Shown here one piece after another: positions 27,409 to 37,075 of a stretch of DNA of 42,132 nucleotides. Made by a program: the position numbers and the translations under genes. Within the stretch, counting starts at the first letter, position 1; the number at the start of each line of letters is the position of its first letter. The DNA is from a bacterium (GTDB lineage Bacteria; JAMOTN01): NCBI GenBank assembly GCA_027062325.1, contig JAMOTN010000032.1:1-42132 (forward strand), read 5' to 3'. The notes beneath the pieces are model-generated. The model saw nothing but the letters and a program-made list of their open reading frames with translations, was not told where the DNA came from and searched no databases.

Positions 27409-30369
27409 TCAGTAATTATCGAATGTTACAATGTTGAAATTAATCACTCCTGATTCTTCGATTGGAGTGGCTTGCAAAGTATTTGTGAGATTTGTTGGTG
27501 ACCAGTATAGGAGTACACTATCACGGGTTATTGTATATACTGGGAGGAATACTCCGGGACACATTAAATTATCACGAGCTTGCATTCCAACTTTGACCAC
27601 TAAGGATATTGCTTCTGTGGCTGTAGGGCTTCCGATATCTATTGAGGATGTAGCTGGAGTTACAGCGGTTTCATTATTGGTGGTTTGATCTATGTAATAG
27701 AAAAGTTTGACAGGGGGTGTTAGGGAGGATAAAATACCATCCTCAACTCCATCTGCTGCATCAAATATTTGAACTAGCTCTGGGATAGATATGATTAGGT
27801 AGCTTGGGTATGGGAATTTTCCAGAAGTAATTATTTGGAATACTGGAGCTCTGTCTGATCTGTATTTTATTACAGAACTTGTCCAGACAAAGTCTGAATA
27901 GGTAAGAGTTGTTCCCAGAGTTTCTGTTGATGAGTATAGAGACATTGAGAATGTATTGTTGTTTGCTGGATCAAATTCAATAACTTGAGACATGTGATTA
28001 TATCTTAGAGGTAAACCGGATACTTTTATCAAACATGCTTTTTGAAGTTTCGATAGATTAATTTCATCAACTATGCTAACGTTTATAGTTGCATATGTCA
28101 TTACGGCTATATTCAAGTCAAGTTTCCACTGCTGATAATGACCTATTTCTTTTGAAAAAATGGGGATAACTAGTTGAACTTTGTAAGGAGATACGGTGCC
28201 GCTAGATGAGCTTGCTGAGTAGAATGAAGCAGAAAATGTACTTTGGAGTGCGCCAGATTTAGGAAGTATTTCTAAGACGTCATCTGTATTTTTAACAATT
28301 TCTAAGGTAGAAGGAGAACTCGGTATAACCTCAAGTGAAACTTGAAGTGGCTGAGTGTTTTGATATACCGGTATTGTTCCGCCTGCTTCGGTAAATGGAT
28401 AGCCAATTATGAAGTAGGGATTGTAAAAATCGGGATCGTATAGGGCATAATGGACAATTATGGGCCAAGAATTTTCCTGAGTTGCTAAAATAAATATATC
28501 GTTTGCTTTTACTTCAAGAGTTGTATTATGATCAGTGTCCCATGCTTCTCTTACGGCTAGTTTAACAACTAGGTCGATTAAGTCAACTGATGAATTTATG
28601 GATAAGGCAGGTAGTGAGGTTGTTGTGTTGTCAATAGTTATAGATCCTGATGAGTTTTGTTTACCAGTTTCGTATAGAGGTATTTCGGAAGTGGTGAGGT
28701 TGTCTTCATCAATTATTGGAGGTATTTCTATAGAAGGGATGGCTTGATGAATGGCAAATGCTAAGTATTCTAGAGCTATAACCAAAGTATAGGAGCCTGA
28801 AAAGGATTCGACAGTGTTTATAGCAGAAGGTGGGAGTGAAAGAGTTGTACTTCCTAGCAGTGTACCGTTGGAGTCGTATACTTTTACGTAAGTGTTGGAA
28901 GCATCTATATCTATTACGCCTTCATCACTCGATAAAACAATATTTCCAAATAAGATCTTTCTTATTATAGGTGTTGCGCCTGTTTTAATATCAGGGGGTA
29001 GTTCGTTGCTTGTTAGAAGAGTTCCTATAGAAACCTCGGTACTTGATAGAAAATTCTGTAAAGCTCTGTACTCCATGTATATTTCAAATGTGACTCGTGC
29101 ATTGGCAAAATTTGCTTGAGCAAATGGAAGGGAAAACGATAGGTTGTAGGCTTCAGTCGTTGCCCAAAGTGCACTAAGTGTTAATGAAGGATCAGCTGAT
29201 ATTCCTGATATTGGGGAGAAAGCAGATACGACGTTGTTCATATCAAACGGAAAAATGTAGTAATTAAAATCCTGAATGGTTGATCCACCGTTTGGAGATA
29301 ATTCAAGTGTAGAGTATGGAACAATAGTTTTGACTAAAGGTGAATTAATTAATCCAAATCCTATAGGTGGTTCCATATAGGGGGAGAGGTAAGTTGCAAA
29401 GTGATTTTGAAAAGATATTTCAGGAATTTCGGTTGGAAGTTGAGGAGTGGTGGTTGTGACTAACCATTGTCTTATTACTTTAGTAACTGAAGTGGTTGAG
29501 GTTACAATATTTACAACCTCGACAGTTCCTAACTCATCCTCTATTTCATCATAAGTTTCTGATAGGGCATCAGTTACGTCTTCGAATGCTTCTGTTTCTA
29601 TTTCCGGAACAATTTCTTCACTTGGAAGCCCAGCTTCTGTAATTGCTTGTGAGATTAACTCTTTGAATTCTGTTGTAGAGTTTATTTCCGTTGTGGTAAG
29701 CTTTTCCATGATTTTTACAATAGCGTGTTCTGAACTTGCGAATGATTTTATCTTATCTTTTGCTTTATCACCTAAAAGGGCAGTTACAGTTTTGTCAACT
29801 TTATCTTGAATGGAGATTAATGAGCATATATCTGATAAACCAAACAGTTCATTTTCTATGCTGCCTTCTGTAGTGGAATTTATGATGTCCATATTTCTAT
29901 ACTTAGAAAGATTTCGAATGAATTTTACAGCGAATTTCCTTGCATATTTGTAGTTTTTTGTTCTTTCAAATTTTTGACTTGATAGGTGAGAGAATGGAGA
30001 TGAGATAGAGCGTATAATGCCTGGTTGGTTTGGATCTACTACTAGTTCCATAGTAGGACCAATTATGGTTCCATTAGTTGCAAGTTTTACAACTTCAAGG
30101 AGAAGATAACTTGTATTTGCTGGGAATGAAACGTCAAGAGATGTTATTGGTGCACCCCAAAAGTCATTTGTGGATATGAGCTGTTTTGAACCATCTTTAT
30201 CTACAGCGTAAGTGTAAACTCTAAAGTTTTGCCATACTTCATCTGCAGCTCCTATTACTAGTGTTTTCTTACCAGCTGATTGTTTTAAGAAGTCCATACA
30301 AGCAGTGAGGGTTATACTTAGTAAGGCGGCTAATAAAGCAGCGAGGAAAGGATAAGCTTTAGATTTCAT
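27409..30369 (-). CDS. Large Ser/Thr-rich lipoprotein with two tandem ~330-aa beta-rich repeats
   Basis: GGAGGG RBS, lipobox LTA-C, 986 aa, collinear repeated motifs in the C-terminal two thirds. Confidence 0.75.
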   Translation of the reverse strand: MKSKAYPFLAALLAALLSITLTACMDFLKQSAGKKTLVIGAADEVWQNFRVYTYAVDKDGSKQLISTNDFWGAPITSLDVSFPANTSYLLLEVVKLATNGTIIGPTMELVVDPNQPGIIRSISSPFSHLSSQKFERTKNYKYARKFAVKFIRNLSKYRNMDIINSTTEGSIENELFGLSDICSLISIQDKVDKTVTALLGDKAKDKIKSFASSEHAIVKIMEKLTTTEINSTTEFKELISQAITEAGLPSEEIVPEIETEAFEDVTDALSETYDEIEDELGTVEVVNIVTSTTSVTKVIRQWLVTTTTPQLPTEIPEISFQNHFATYLSPYMEPPIGFGLINSPLVKTIVPYSTLELSPNGGSTIQDFNYYIFPFDMNNVVSAFSPISGISADPSLTLSALWATTEAYNLSFSLPFAQANFANARVTFEIYMEYRALQNFLSSTEVSIGTLLTSNELPPDIKTGATPIIRKILFGNIVLSSDEGVIDIDASNTYVKVYDSNGTLLGSTTLSLPPSAINTVESFSGSYTLVIALEYLAFAIHQAIPSIEIPPIIDEDNLTTSEIPLYETGKQNSSGSITIDNTTTSLPALSINSSVDLIDLVVKLAVREAWDTDHNTTLEVKANDIFILATQENSWPIIVHYALYDPDFYNPYFIIGYPFTEAGGTIPVYQNTQPLQVSLEVIPSSPSTLEIVKNTDDVLEILPKSGALQSTFSASFYSASSSSGTVSPYKVQLVIPIFSKEIGHYQQWKLDLNIAVMTYATINVSIVDEINLSKLQKACLIKVSGLPLRYNHMSQVIEFDPANNNTFSMSLYSSTETLGTTLTYSDFVWTSSVIKYRSDRAPVFQIITSGKFPYPSYLIISIPELVQIFDAADGVEDGILSSLTPPVKLFYYIDQTTNNETAVTPATSSIDIGSPTATEAISLVVKVGMQARDNLMCPGVFLPVYTITRDSVLLYWSPTNLTNTLQATPIEESGVINFNIVTFDNY

Positions 30370-30387
30370 TATTATCCCTCCTAAAGA

Positions 30388-32630
30388 TCACTTGGTTCTG
30401 AATGTAAATACACCATCCCAATTTTCTTCAATACCATTTTTAATGAAAAATTCGCATCTTGATGCAAATACTTGTGAAGGTTTGTCTCCCTTTTCAGCAA
30501 GTTGTGAGAAAATTTTTAAAGCGTGATCAAATTTTTCATCCCAGTAGTATTTGAGGGCATCTTCGAATTTATTGATGATTTCCATATTTTCTTCGCTTTT
30601 TTCGAGAAGTTCGTATATCATTACAGGTAAAATTTTGCCTTTGACTCTGACTTTGTCAAGGAGGCGAAAAGTAAATTGACTTTCTTTTAACAGCTCTTCG
30701 TCTATTGCGGATACTGTAAATTCACTTATCACGTTTGTGGTTCCATATTGTTTGCAGAGTCCTTCTAAACGAGAAGCAAGATTTACTGTGTCTCCTATTA
30801 CTGTATAGTCAAATCTATTTTGAGAACCAATATTCCCCACAACTGCAACACCTGTATTTATGCCAATGCCGATTTTTACATGGGGGAGTGAATATTCATC
30901 CATAATATGATTAACTTCCTCAAGTTTTGAAAGCATCTCGAATGCTGATTTACATGCCCACCATGCGTGGTTATCGTAAGGAAGTGGAGCTCCGAATATA
31001 GCCATTATTGCATCACCAATGTATTTATCAAGAAAGCCTTGATTAGCCAAAATTATGCTAGTCATGGGTTCAAAGTATAGATTTAGAAACTTAACTAGCT
31101 GTGATGGATCAAGTGATTCTGATATGTTTGTAAAACTTCTTATATCTGAAAAAAGGATACTTACTTCTCTCTTCTCGCCTCCCAAAGACAACTTTTCCGG
31201 ATTTTTAACTACAATTTCCAGTAGTTCTTTTGAAATGTAGTTAGAGAAAGCTTCTCGTAGCATCTTTTCAGTAGCTGACATACTCAAGAAATCTGCGGTA
31301 ATAGTTGCAGTTATGTAGGCTAAAAAGGAAAAAGATTCATGGACAAAAATGTGATTGTGTTGCATTAAGAATATTGCAGAGGCTATTGGAGTTAGTGCAA
31401 AGAAAAATTTGAGCAACTTGCTGGTAAAAGCTGAAAATTCGAGGAAAACAGACAGTTTTGCTATACTCCATCCAAGAAATGCAAATATTATGACAAACAA
31501 AACGTCTATATAGGCATATTCTAAAAGCCAAGCTCTTCTGATAAGGTTTTCTGCCATAATCATGTGAGCGTAGACTCCGGGGGCTGATGGAGATGTGGGG
31601 AAGGCTCTTAAGTCTCCAATTCCCTTTTCAGTTGCACCTATAAATACAAGTTTCCCCTTTACTTCGTTAGTGCTTATTTGATCATTATACACCTTGATAG
31701 CGGATATTGAACGGAAATCTTTATCGAATGTCGGAATTACTACTCCTTGAAATGGATATGTAATACTTCTCTTGGGGTTTTTTATATCTGTGTATTTAAC
31801 TCCAACCAGTAAATTCGAGTCTGAAAGTTTGTGATTTGATTTTAGAATGAATATGGGGATTAGGTTTGTGGCGTATTTTTTGTAGAGATAAAGCTCTGCA
31901 GCTTTCCAGCCTAGGGATGGACTATGGGGAAATAACCTCTCAGTATTCCATCTGGATCTGGCTTGGTAAATAGAGCACCATGAGGGACAGCTGAATCATC
32001 TTCGCAAAATGCTATTTCTGGTATTGTTACGTCTAGAGATTCTAAACGAGGTATTGAGTATACGTTGCAAGTATAAGCTGAAAATTTTTCCATTGTCCAC
32101 CTTTCTAGAAAAGGAATAGTGTTGACATCTGCTTCTAAAAAGTTTATCAACTCAGAGTCTTCAAGTACGCATAGATCGTCTTCTGATAAGCGATTAGATG
32201 AAGGTTGAGGCATAAGTCCTGTTACAAGCGCATAATTTGCGGATGCTAGACAGAAGGCTTTGTTAAGAGCAGCGTCGCTTTCTGGATTACTGGGTTCTGA
32301 AAAGGTTATGTCTAGTGCAATTACTGATGCTCCTTTTTTAAATAGGTTATCTATTATTTTTGCCATAATTTTTCTATCCCATGGCCACCTTCCAAGTTTG
32401 TTAATGCTGAGGGTATCAATTGCGACGAGTACGCAGTTCTTAGGGATAGGATGCGGAAATAAAAAATTTCTAAGGTTAAGCTTCATGTCATCAAACCTTA
32501 AGAGAGGAATTGTTTTTCTAAAAAAGTATGGCTGCTTAAGAGCTATCCAGGAAAAAACAATGATTATAACTGATAATGATAGCGCTTCTACTAGAATATT
32601 CTTCCAGTTCTTCGAAATTTTGAATATCAA
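30388..32630 (-). pseudogene. CHASE2-domain class III adenylate cyclase, split by a -1 frameshift near 31910-31935
   Basis: 5' ORF has CHASE2 motifs (VAIDTLS, GRWPWDR, DITFSEPS, DPDGILR) and stops at TAG 31911-31913. The -1 frame continues PSLGWKAAELY without stops into KGKLVFIGAT, PGVYAH, TM helices and the cyclase core (FSDIRSFT, DKYIGDAIMA, DYTVIGDTVNLASRLE). Confidence 0.85.
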
Positions 32631-32664
32631 AGTAATGCCTCCTTGAAAGTAGATATTTTAGGCT

Positions 32665-33498
32665 TTATTTGGTGCAGCAGTTGCAGTCTAAAGTGTCGCG
32701 GAGGATTTGGTTGATGTCCAGTTTTAGGTTAATTACTTTGTCGTCAACAGATACTCCGACTTCTTCCAGATTGTCTGTAGCTTTTATGCTAATTCTCTTT
32801 GGAAGTTGCGGGAGTTTTGCAGTTTGAAGGACCTGCTTTGTTATTACCGATGTTGTGCGGGCAAGGGCTGCAGGATTTTGAATCATTTTACCAAGGGTTT
32901 GCTTAGGCAGTGATACCTTTAGAGTAACTGGAGGCTTTCCTCTTGATACAAATGCCATAGTGTTTGGGAAAATGTCGAAAGTTTTGTTGTTGATAAGGTC
33001 ACGGACTTCGACTCTTCCCTCTGCTAGAAATACTGAAGTTGCGGTTGGAGCAACGTCTAAAGCGAAAGTAGTGCCTTTTACTCCTATAACGCTTGTTGGA
33101 GTGCGGACATCAAACTTACCGCGGAATTTCATTTTTGAAATTTTGAAAGCTACAGAGCCACGTTGAACATTTAGGTTGTCGCCTTTTGTTTTTATACCAA
33201 GAAGCTTCATTCTTGAACGTGCTTCAAGTGTTACTTTGCTACCATCTGCTAGGAGGAGAACGGCTCTAGAGCGGCGCTTGGTTCTGATAAGATAACCTTT
33301 ATAGAGAAGGTCTCCAACTTTTGCTTTTATTGGGCGGATGCTGTTTGGTTTCATTATTTGAACTCTACCTTTCAGCGCTACTATTTTTGCAAGCCATCCA
33401 GAATTGACTTGAGGTTGTTTATTTTGATTTGAGACAGATAAGTTGATAGCGGTTATTAATAGAAGTGGTATTAATAACATACTCTTTATGTTTTTCAT
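32665..33498 (-). CDS. Exported FecR-domain protein
   Basis: Signal/anchor helix. GDLL..G..IRT...SRA.L.LADGS, VRTPTSVIGVKGTTF and EGRVEV are FecR-domain motifs. Confidence 0.88.
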   Translation of the reverse strand: MKNIKSMLLIPLLLITAINLSVSNQNKQPQVNSGWLAKIVALKGRVQIMKPNSIRPIKAKVGDLLYKGYLIRTKRRSRAVLLLADGSKVTLEARSRMKLLGIKTKGDNLNVQRGSVAFKISKMKFRGKFDVRTPTSVIGVKGTTFALDVAPTATSVFLAEGRVEVRDLINNKTFDIFPNTMAFVSRGKPPVTLKVSLPKQTLGKMIQNPAALARTTSVITKQVLQTAKLPQLPKRISIKATDNLEEVGVSVDDKVINLKLDINQILRDTLDCNCCTK

Positions 33499-33533
33499 TT
33501 TGACTCCCCCCTATATAGAACTTGTGAATTTTG

Positions 33534-35093
33534 TCATTTTACGAGCCATTTGAAGTAAAGTGTGATGGTCCATCTGTCAAAATTGTAAGATTGGAGAGAA
33601 GATGATGAGTTTATGTATGCCATATTTACTCCAACCCAACTTTTTCTAAATTTGGATTCACGATTCAATATTATAGTGCTTGTGTTATCTTTTCGTTTTT
33701 TATACACGACGTCCGGGAGTAGCAGGTAATCCAATTGGGCTGAGTCGTAGTTGTAATGTGTCCATAGGATAAGTGCAAAAGTTCTGTTGTTAGAACCAAT
33801 TTTTGAAAGAGATCCCCAAATTTGTGTTGCTTTGTTATCCCAGAAATAACCTGTAGCGTTTTCTCTTATGTAATTAAAACCAAATTTTACAGAAGGACGT
33901 GGAATTTCTATGATGGTGCCAATGCTGTATTTTCTAGAGTCACGAATATTAGCTTCGTCTGTTGGATCATTTTCAAAGTTGTTTATCTCCATTAAAAATG
34001 GAAAGCTTAGTGTTATGTTGTGGAGAATGGGGAATTTAAGAGTTATTCCTGTGGAAAATTGGTTCATGTATGTGCTGTCTCCTAGCAATATGCGTTTTGT
34101 GCTAATGGGGAATTCGAAACTGTACGAATCTTTCAGAAATTTTATAAGTGTGGTGGATGTAATGTTGAGAATGTTGTACTCATTGAACTTACTATATATT
34201 GTTTTGTCTATTGAAAGTGAGTAGTTGCTGATTGCATTGCCTATGGGATGCCTTTTGAAGACTATCAAACTGGCTTTTTCACCCCACGAATCTTGAGATG
34301 TTGGAATGTTTGTTGCAGCGTCTGGAGTAGATGAAACATTTGTATCTTTGAAACCTCCAAGTTTTAGTATGGCTTGCCATCCTTTGGAGTTGATGTTGGT
34401 GAGAGTTTTTATCTCTGTTGAGGCTTTGTCAGCCCATTCGGTTACGGGATTTAATCTATAGGCTGCTTTGATCTTTTCAATAGCTTTCTTTCTGAAAAAG
34501 AGACGAGCCATTGCTTGGCCTTTTAAAAGTAGAGCTTTTTGTTTTGGTAAGAAAGGTCCGAATTTCTCAACTTTTACTCTACCAGCGTACTTCATTGCAT
34601 TAAGATACGCTGCTTTTTTTATGGCAATTTCAGCCAAAACTAAAAATTTTAAGCTTTTTAAAGGTTCTTTTAGATATTTGGGAAGAAGTTTTCTGCTTTT
34701 GTGAATTTGGAAGTTTGCAAGTGCAAGTTCTGCTTGTAGAATTTTACGAAGCTTTTTACTTTTGATTTTAGTAGTTACAGATTGAGCTCGTTCAAAATCT
34801 CCTATTTTAAAAAAAGCTTGTTCAAGATATGTAAGGAGTAGATCGTGTTGCTGTTGAGTTAGAGAAATGTTTTTAATAAGCCAAGGAATAACTGCTATAA
34901 TTTCATCAAAATCTTCGTCAAAAAATAGCTCATCTATTCGTTTAATAATTAAAGAACGATTTGAAAGGTTGGTTGGGTCGAAGTTTAAAATGTTTTTGAC
35001 GTCTTCTAATGATATTTGTGATTGGGAGAGTAAAGTGAAGGAGAGTAATGTGAAAAAAATAATAAAAAATAACTTCTTTGCTGTACTTGGCAT
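33534..35093 (-). CDS. TPR + outer-membrane beta-barrel protein (Slam/DUF560-like architecture)
   Basis: Signal peptide and helical TPR-like N-half. Then GGFKDTNV followed by alternating amphipathic strands ending WTITLYFKW. Confidence 0.65.
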   Translation of the reverse strand: MPSTAKKLFFIIFFTLLSFTLLSQSQISLEDVKNILNFDPTNLSNRSLIIKRIDELFFDEDFDEIIAVIPWLIKNISLTQQQHDLLLTYLEQAFFKIGDFERAQSVTTKIKSKKLRKILQAELALANFQIHKSRKLLPKYLKEPLKSLKFLVLAEIAIKKAAYLNAMKYAGRVKVEKFGPFLPKQKALLLKGQAMARLFFRKKAIEKIKAAYRLNPVTEWADKASTEIKTLTNINSKGWQAILKLGGFKDTNVSSTPDAATNIPTSQDSWGEKASLIVFKRHPIGNAISNYSLSIDKTIYSKFNEYNILNITSTTLIKFLKDSYSFEFPISTKRILLGDSTYMNQFSTGITLKFPILHNITLSFPFLMEINNFENDPTDEANIRDSRKYSIGTIIEIPRPSVKFGFNYIRENATGYFWDNKATQIWGSLSKIGSNNRTFALILWTHYNYDSAQLDYLLLPDVVYKKRKDNTSTIILNRESKFRKSWVGVNMAYINSSSSLQSYNFDRWTITLYFKWLVK

Positions 35094-35199
35094 AAATACA
35101 ACCTCCTGGTAAATTTGATTGTTTGGGTTAATTTAATTAGCTATTATCCATTTAATGATGAGTTTATACTCAAATATTACTCTGAATTTTACGAATTTT

Positions 35200-36447
35200 T
35201 CAAGCTTTTTCTAAAGGATGACCTTTTATAAATGTTTTTGGGTTTGATAGTGGGTAGTTCATTATTAATAATTGTAGAACATTTTGGGAAGTTAATTTCC
35301 CGAGTTTTTCGAGAGTAGAGAGTTGAATTTCAAAGGGTCTTAAATCCACAAGTTGGAAGTTCGCTTTAAAATTTTCTTTTATGCGCCCTTCATTTAAACC
35401 TAGGAACTCAAAGGCTTTGTAAGTTGCGGATTTGAAAAGCTCTGTAATGGAAACTTCTAACTCTTCATTTGATTGTGAGATGAGCTTATTTACGTAAACT
35501 GCCTGTTGTAATGTGTGCCACATAGTTGGATTTGGACCACCTGCAATATCAGATCCTATAAATACAGTTGTAAAGTTTGAAGAGGTTTTGAAATTAAATA
35601 GACCACTTTTTAAAAACATGTTGGATGAGGGGCAGTGAACAATTTTAGATGAATATTTAGCCAGAGTTTCAAGAGCTTGCTTTGGTGTGTGAATACAATG
35701 TGCTAAGAGTGTATTTGGGGTTAGAAGACCTGTTTCTTCATATACCTTATAATATGGTTTACCATACATACTCTCGGTTGTTTTTATTTCATCAACATTT
35801 TCATCCATGTGTGTTTGAATTATGAGGTTATATTTTCTAGCTAAAAAAGCGGCCTTTTCCATAAGTTTTTCAGAACATGTTATTGCAAATCTGGGAGTGA
35901 TAACGTGCTGTCTTCCAAATTTTTCAGATAATTCAGCTGCCTCTTCGATCGCTTTATAAGTGTCTTCTAATAGGAAGTCAGGAGCATTTTGATCCATCAG
36001 TACTTTTCCGGCGAATAAAGAAAAATTTAAGTCTTTTGCAGCGTAAAAAGCTTCTTCCACGGCTGATTTATGAATGCTTACAAAGGTGACTGCTGCAGTT
36101 GTTCCAGTTTGTAAAAGTTTTGATAAGAGTGAACGTGCGGTTGTGTAAGCAATGGTTTTGTCTTCAAAAAGTTTTTCTGCCGGGAAGGTGTAAGTATTGA
36201 GCCAATTTAAAAGTGTTCCTGAACCTATACCTGTAAATTGCCACTGAGGAATGTGTAGGTGTAAATCAGCAAATGTAGGAAGAATTAGGTATTCGGACAT
36301 ATCTTGAGCAAGGTGTTCTTCGTCTATATCAACGGGTAAAAATTTTTCATCAAATTTAACAACCTTTTTTTCAAAGATTAGCTCTCCCTCATCGTTGAAA
36401 TCCAAAACCCATATTTTCCAAAGTTTTGTATCGGCCATATACCTCAT
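35200..36447 (-). CDS. guaD: Guanine deaminase (amidohydrolase family)
   Basis: DLHLHIPQ, LLNWLNTYTFPAE, GTT, ITPRFA, QTHMDE, AHCIH, HCPSSN.FL.SG and GSDIAGG motifs. Confidence 0.88.
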   Translation of the reverse strand: MRYMADTKLWKIWVLDFNDEGELIFEKKVVKFDEKFLPVDIDEEHLAQDMSEYLILPTFADLHLHIPQWQFTGIGSGTLLNWLNTYTFPAEKLFEDKTIAYTTARSLLSKLLQTGTTAAVTFVSIHKSAVEEAFYAAKDLNFSLFAGKVLMDQNAPDFLLEDTYKAIEEAAELSEKFGRQHVITPRFAITCSEKLMEKAAFLARKYNLIIQTHMDENVDEIKTTESMYGKPYYKVYEETGLLTPNTLLAHCIHTPKQALETLAKYSSKIVHCPSSNMFLKSGLFNFKTSSNFTTVFIGSDIAGGPNPTMWHTLQQAVYVNKLISQSNEELEVSITELFKSATYKAFEFLGLNEGRIKENFKANFQLVDLRPFEIQLSTLEKLGKLTSQNVLQLLIMNYPLSNPKTFIKGHPLEKA

Positions 36448-36510
36448 CTCCTGTTGTGAGACAATTGCTTAGCATTCTATAATATCAAATGATTAAGGCA
36501 GCTGGTTTAG

Positions 36511-36540
36511 TTGACAAGCTTATATTCTTATAGGTAATAT
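36511..36540 (+). promoter_or_regulatory. sigma70-type promoter of the str/S10 operon
   Basis: TTGACA (36511-36516), 18-nt spacer, TAATAT (36535-36540), ending 85 nt upstream of rpsL. Confidence 0.6.
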
Positions 36541-36624
36541 GAGAATTGTGGTAGTGGGACACCCGTTTTCGGTGTGTAGAATCACAAAATCAATACAATT
36601 GATTAAGGAGGGTGAGTTTGCAAC

Positions 36625-36999
36625 ATGCCTACAATCAACCAGTTGATCAGAAAAGGAAGAGAACCTAAGCCATGGAAAACGAAAGCACCAGCACTTCAGG
36701 GAAATCCTCAAAAGAGGGGAGTTTGTACACGTGTTTTCACGACTACTCCTAAGAAGCCAAACTCAGCATTGCGTAAGGTTTGCCGTGTGCGTCTTACAAA
36801 CAAGATAGAGGTTACGGCTTACATTCCGGGAATTGGACACAACTTGCAAGAGCACTCTATTGTCCTTATAAGAGGAGGACGTGTTAAGGACTTGCCGGGT
36901 GTCCGTTACAAGGTTATACGTGGAGCGCTTGATGCAGCTGGCGTTGAGGGAAGAAGAAGAAGTAGAAGTAAGTACGGAACAAGAAGACCAAAAGAATAG
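36625..36999 (+). CDS. rpsL: 30S ribosomal protein S12
   Basis: [35 protein letters not shown]. Confidence 0.99.
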   Translation: MPTINQLIRKGREPKPWKTKAPALQGNPQKRGVCTRVFTTTPKKPNSALRKVCRVRLTNKIEVTAYIPGIGHNLQEHSIVLIRGGRVKDLPGVRYKVIRGALDAAGVEGRRRSRSKYGTRRPKE

Positions 37000-37075
37000 G
37001 AATGGACTAATTAAACTGAAACGCACAAGTGGTACAGAGTAAAAGTATTAAGATAACTCAGGGGAGGGTGGAAAG

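Noticed and set aside
30388-31692. The 434-aa cyclase ORF as an independent gene starting at GTG 31692
   Set aside because: There is no RBS, the frame is open about 300 nt further upstream with CHASE2-like sequence, and it begins mid-domain. Treated as the 3' half of one frameshifted gene.
31911-31913. TAG readthrough or stop-codon recoding in the CHASE2 gene
   Set aside because: The continuation is in a different frame. TAG, TGA and TAA all terminate conserved genes normally in this window.
36448-36624. Purine riboswitch upstream of guaD
   Set aside because: No purine-aptamer consensus was recognised. The region is occupied by the divergent rpsL promoter and leader.
36625-36999. Streptomycin-resistance substitutions in S12
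   Set aside because: The PKKPNS and RVKDLP motifs are wild type.
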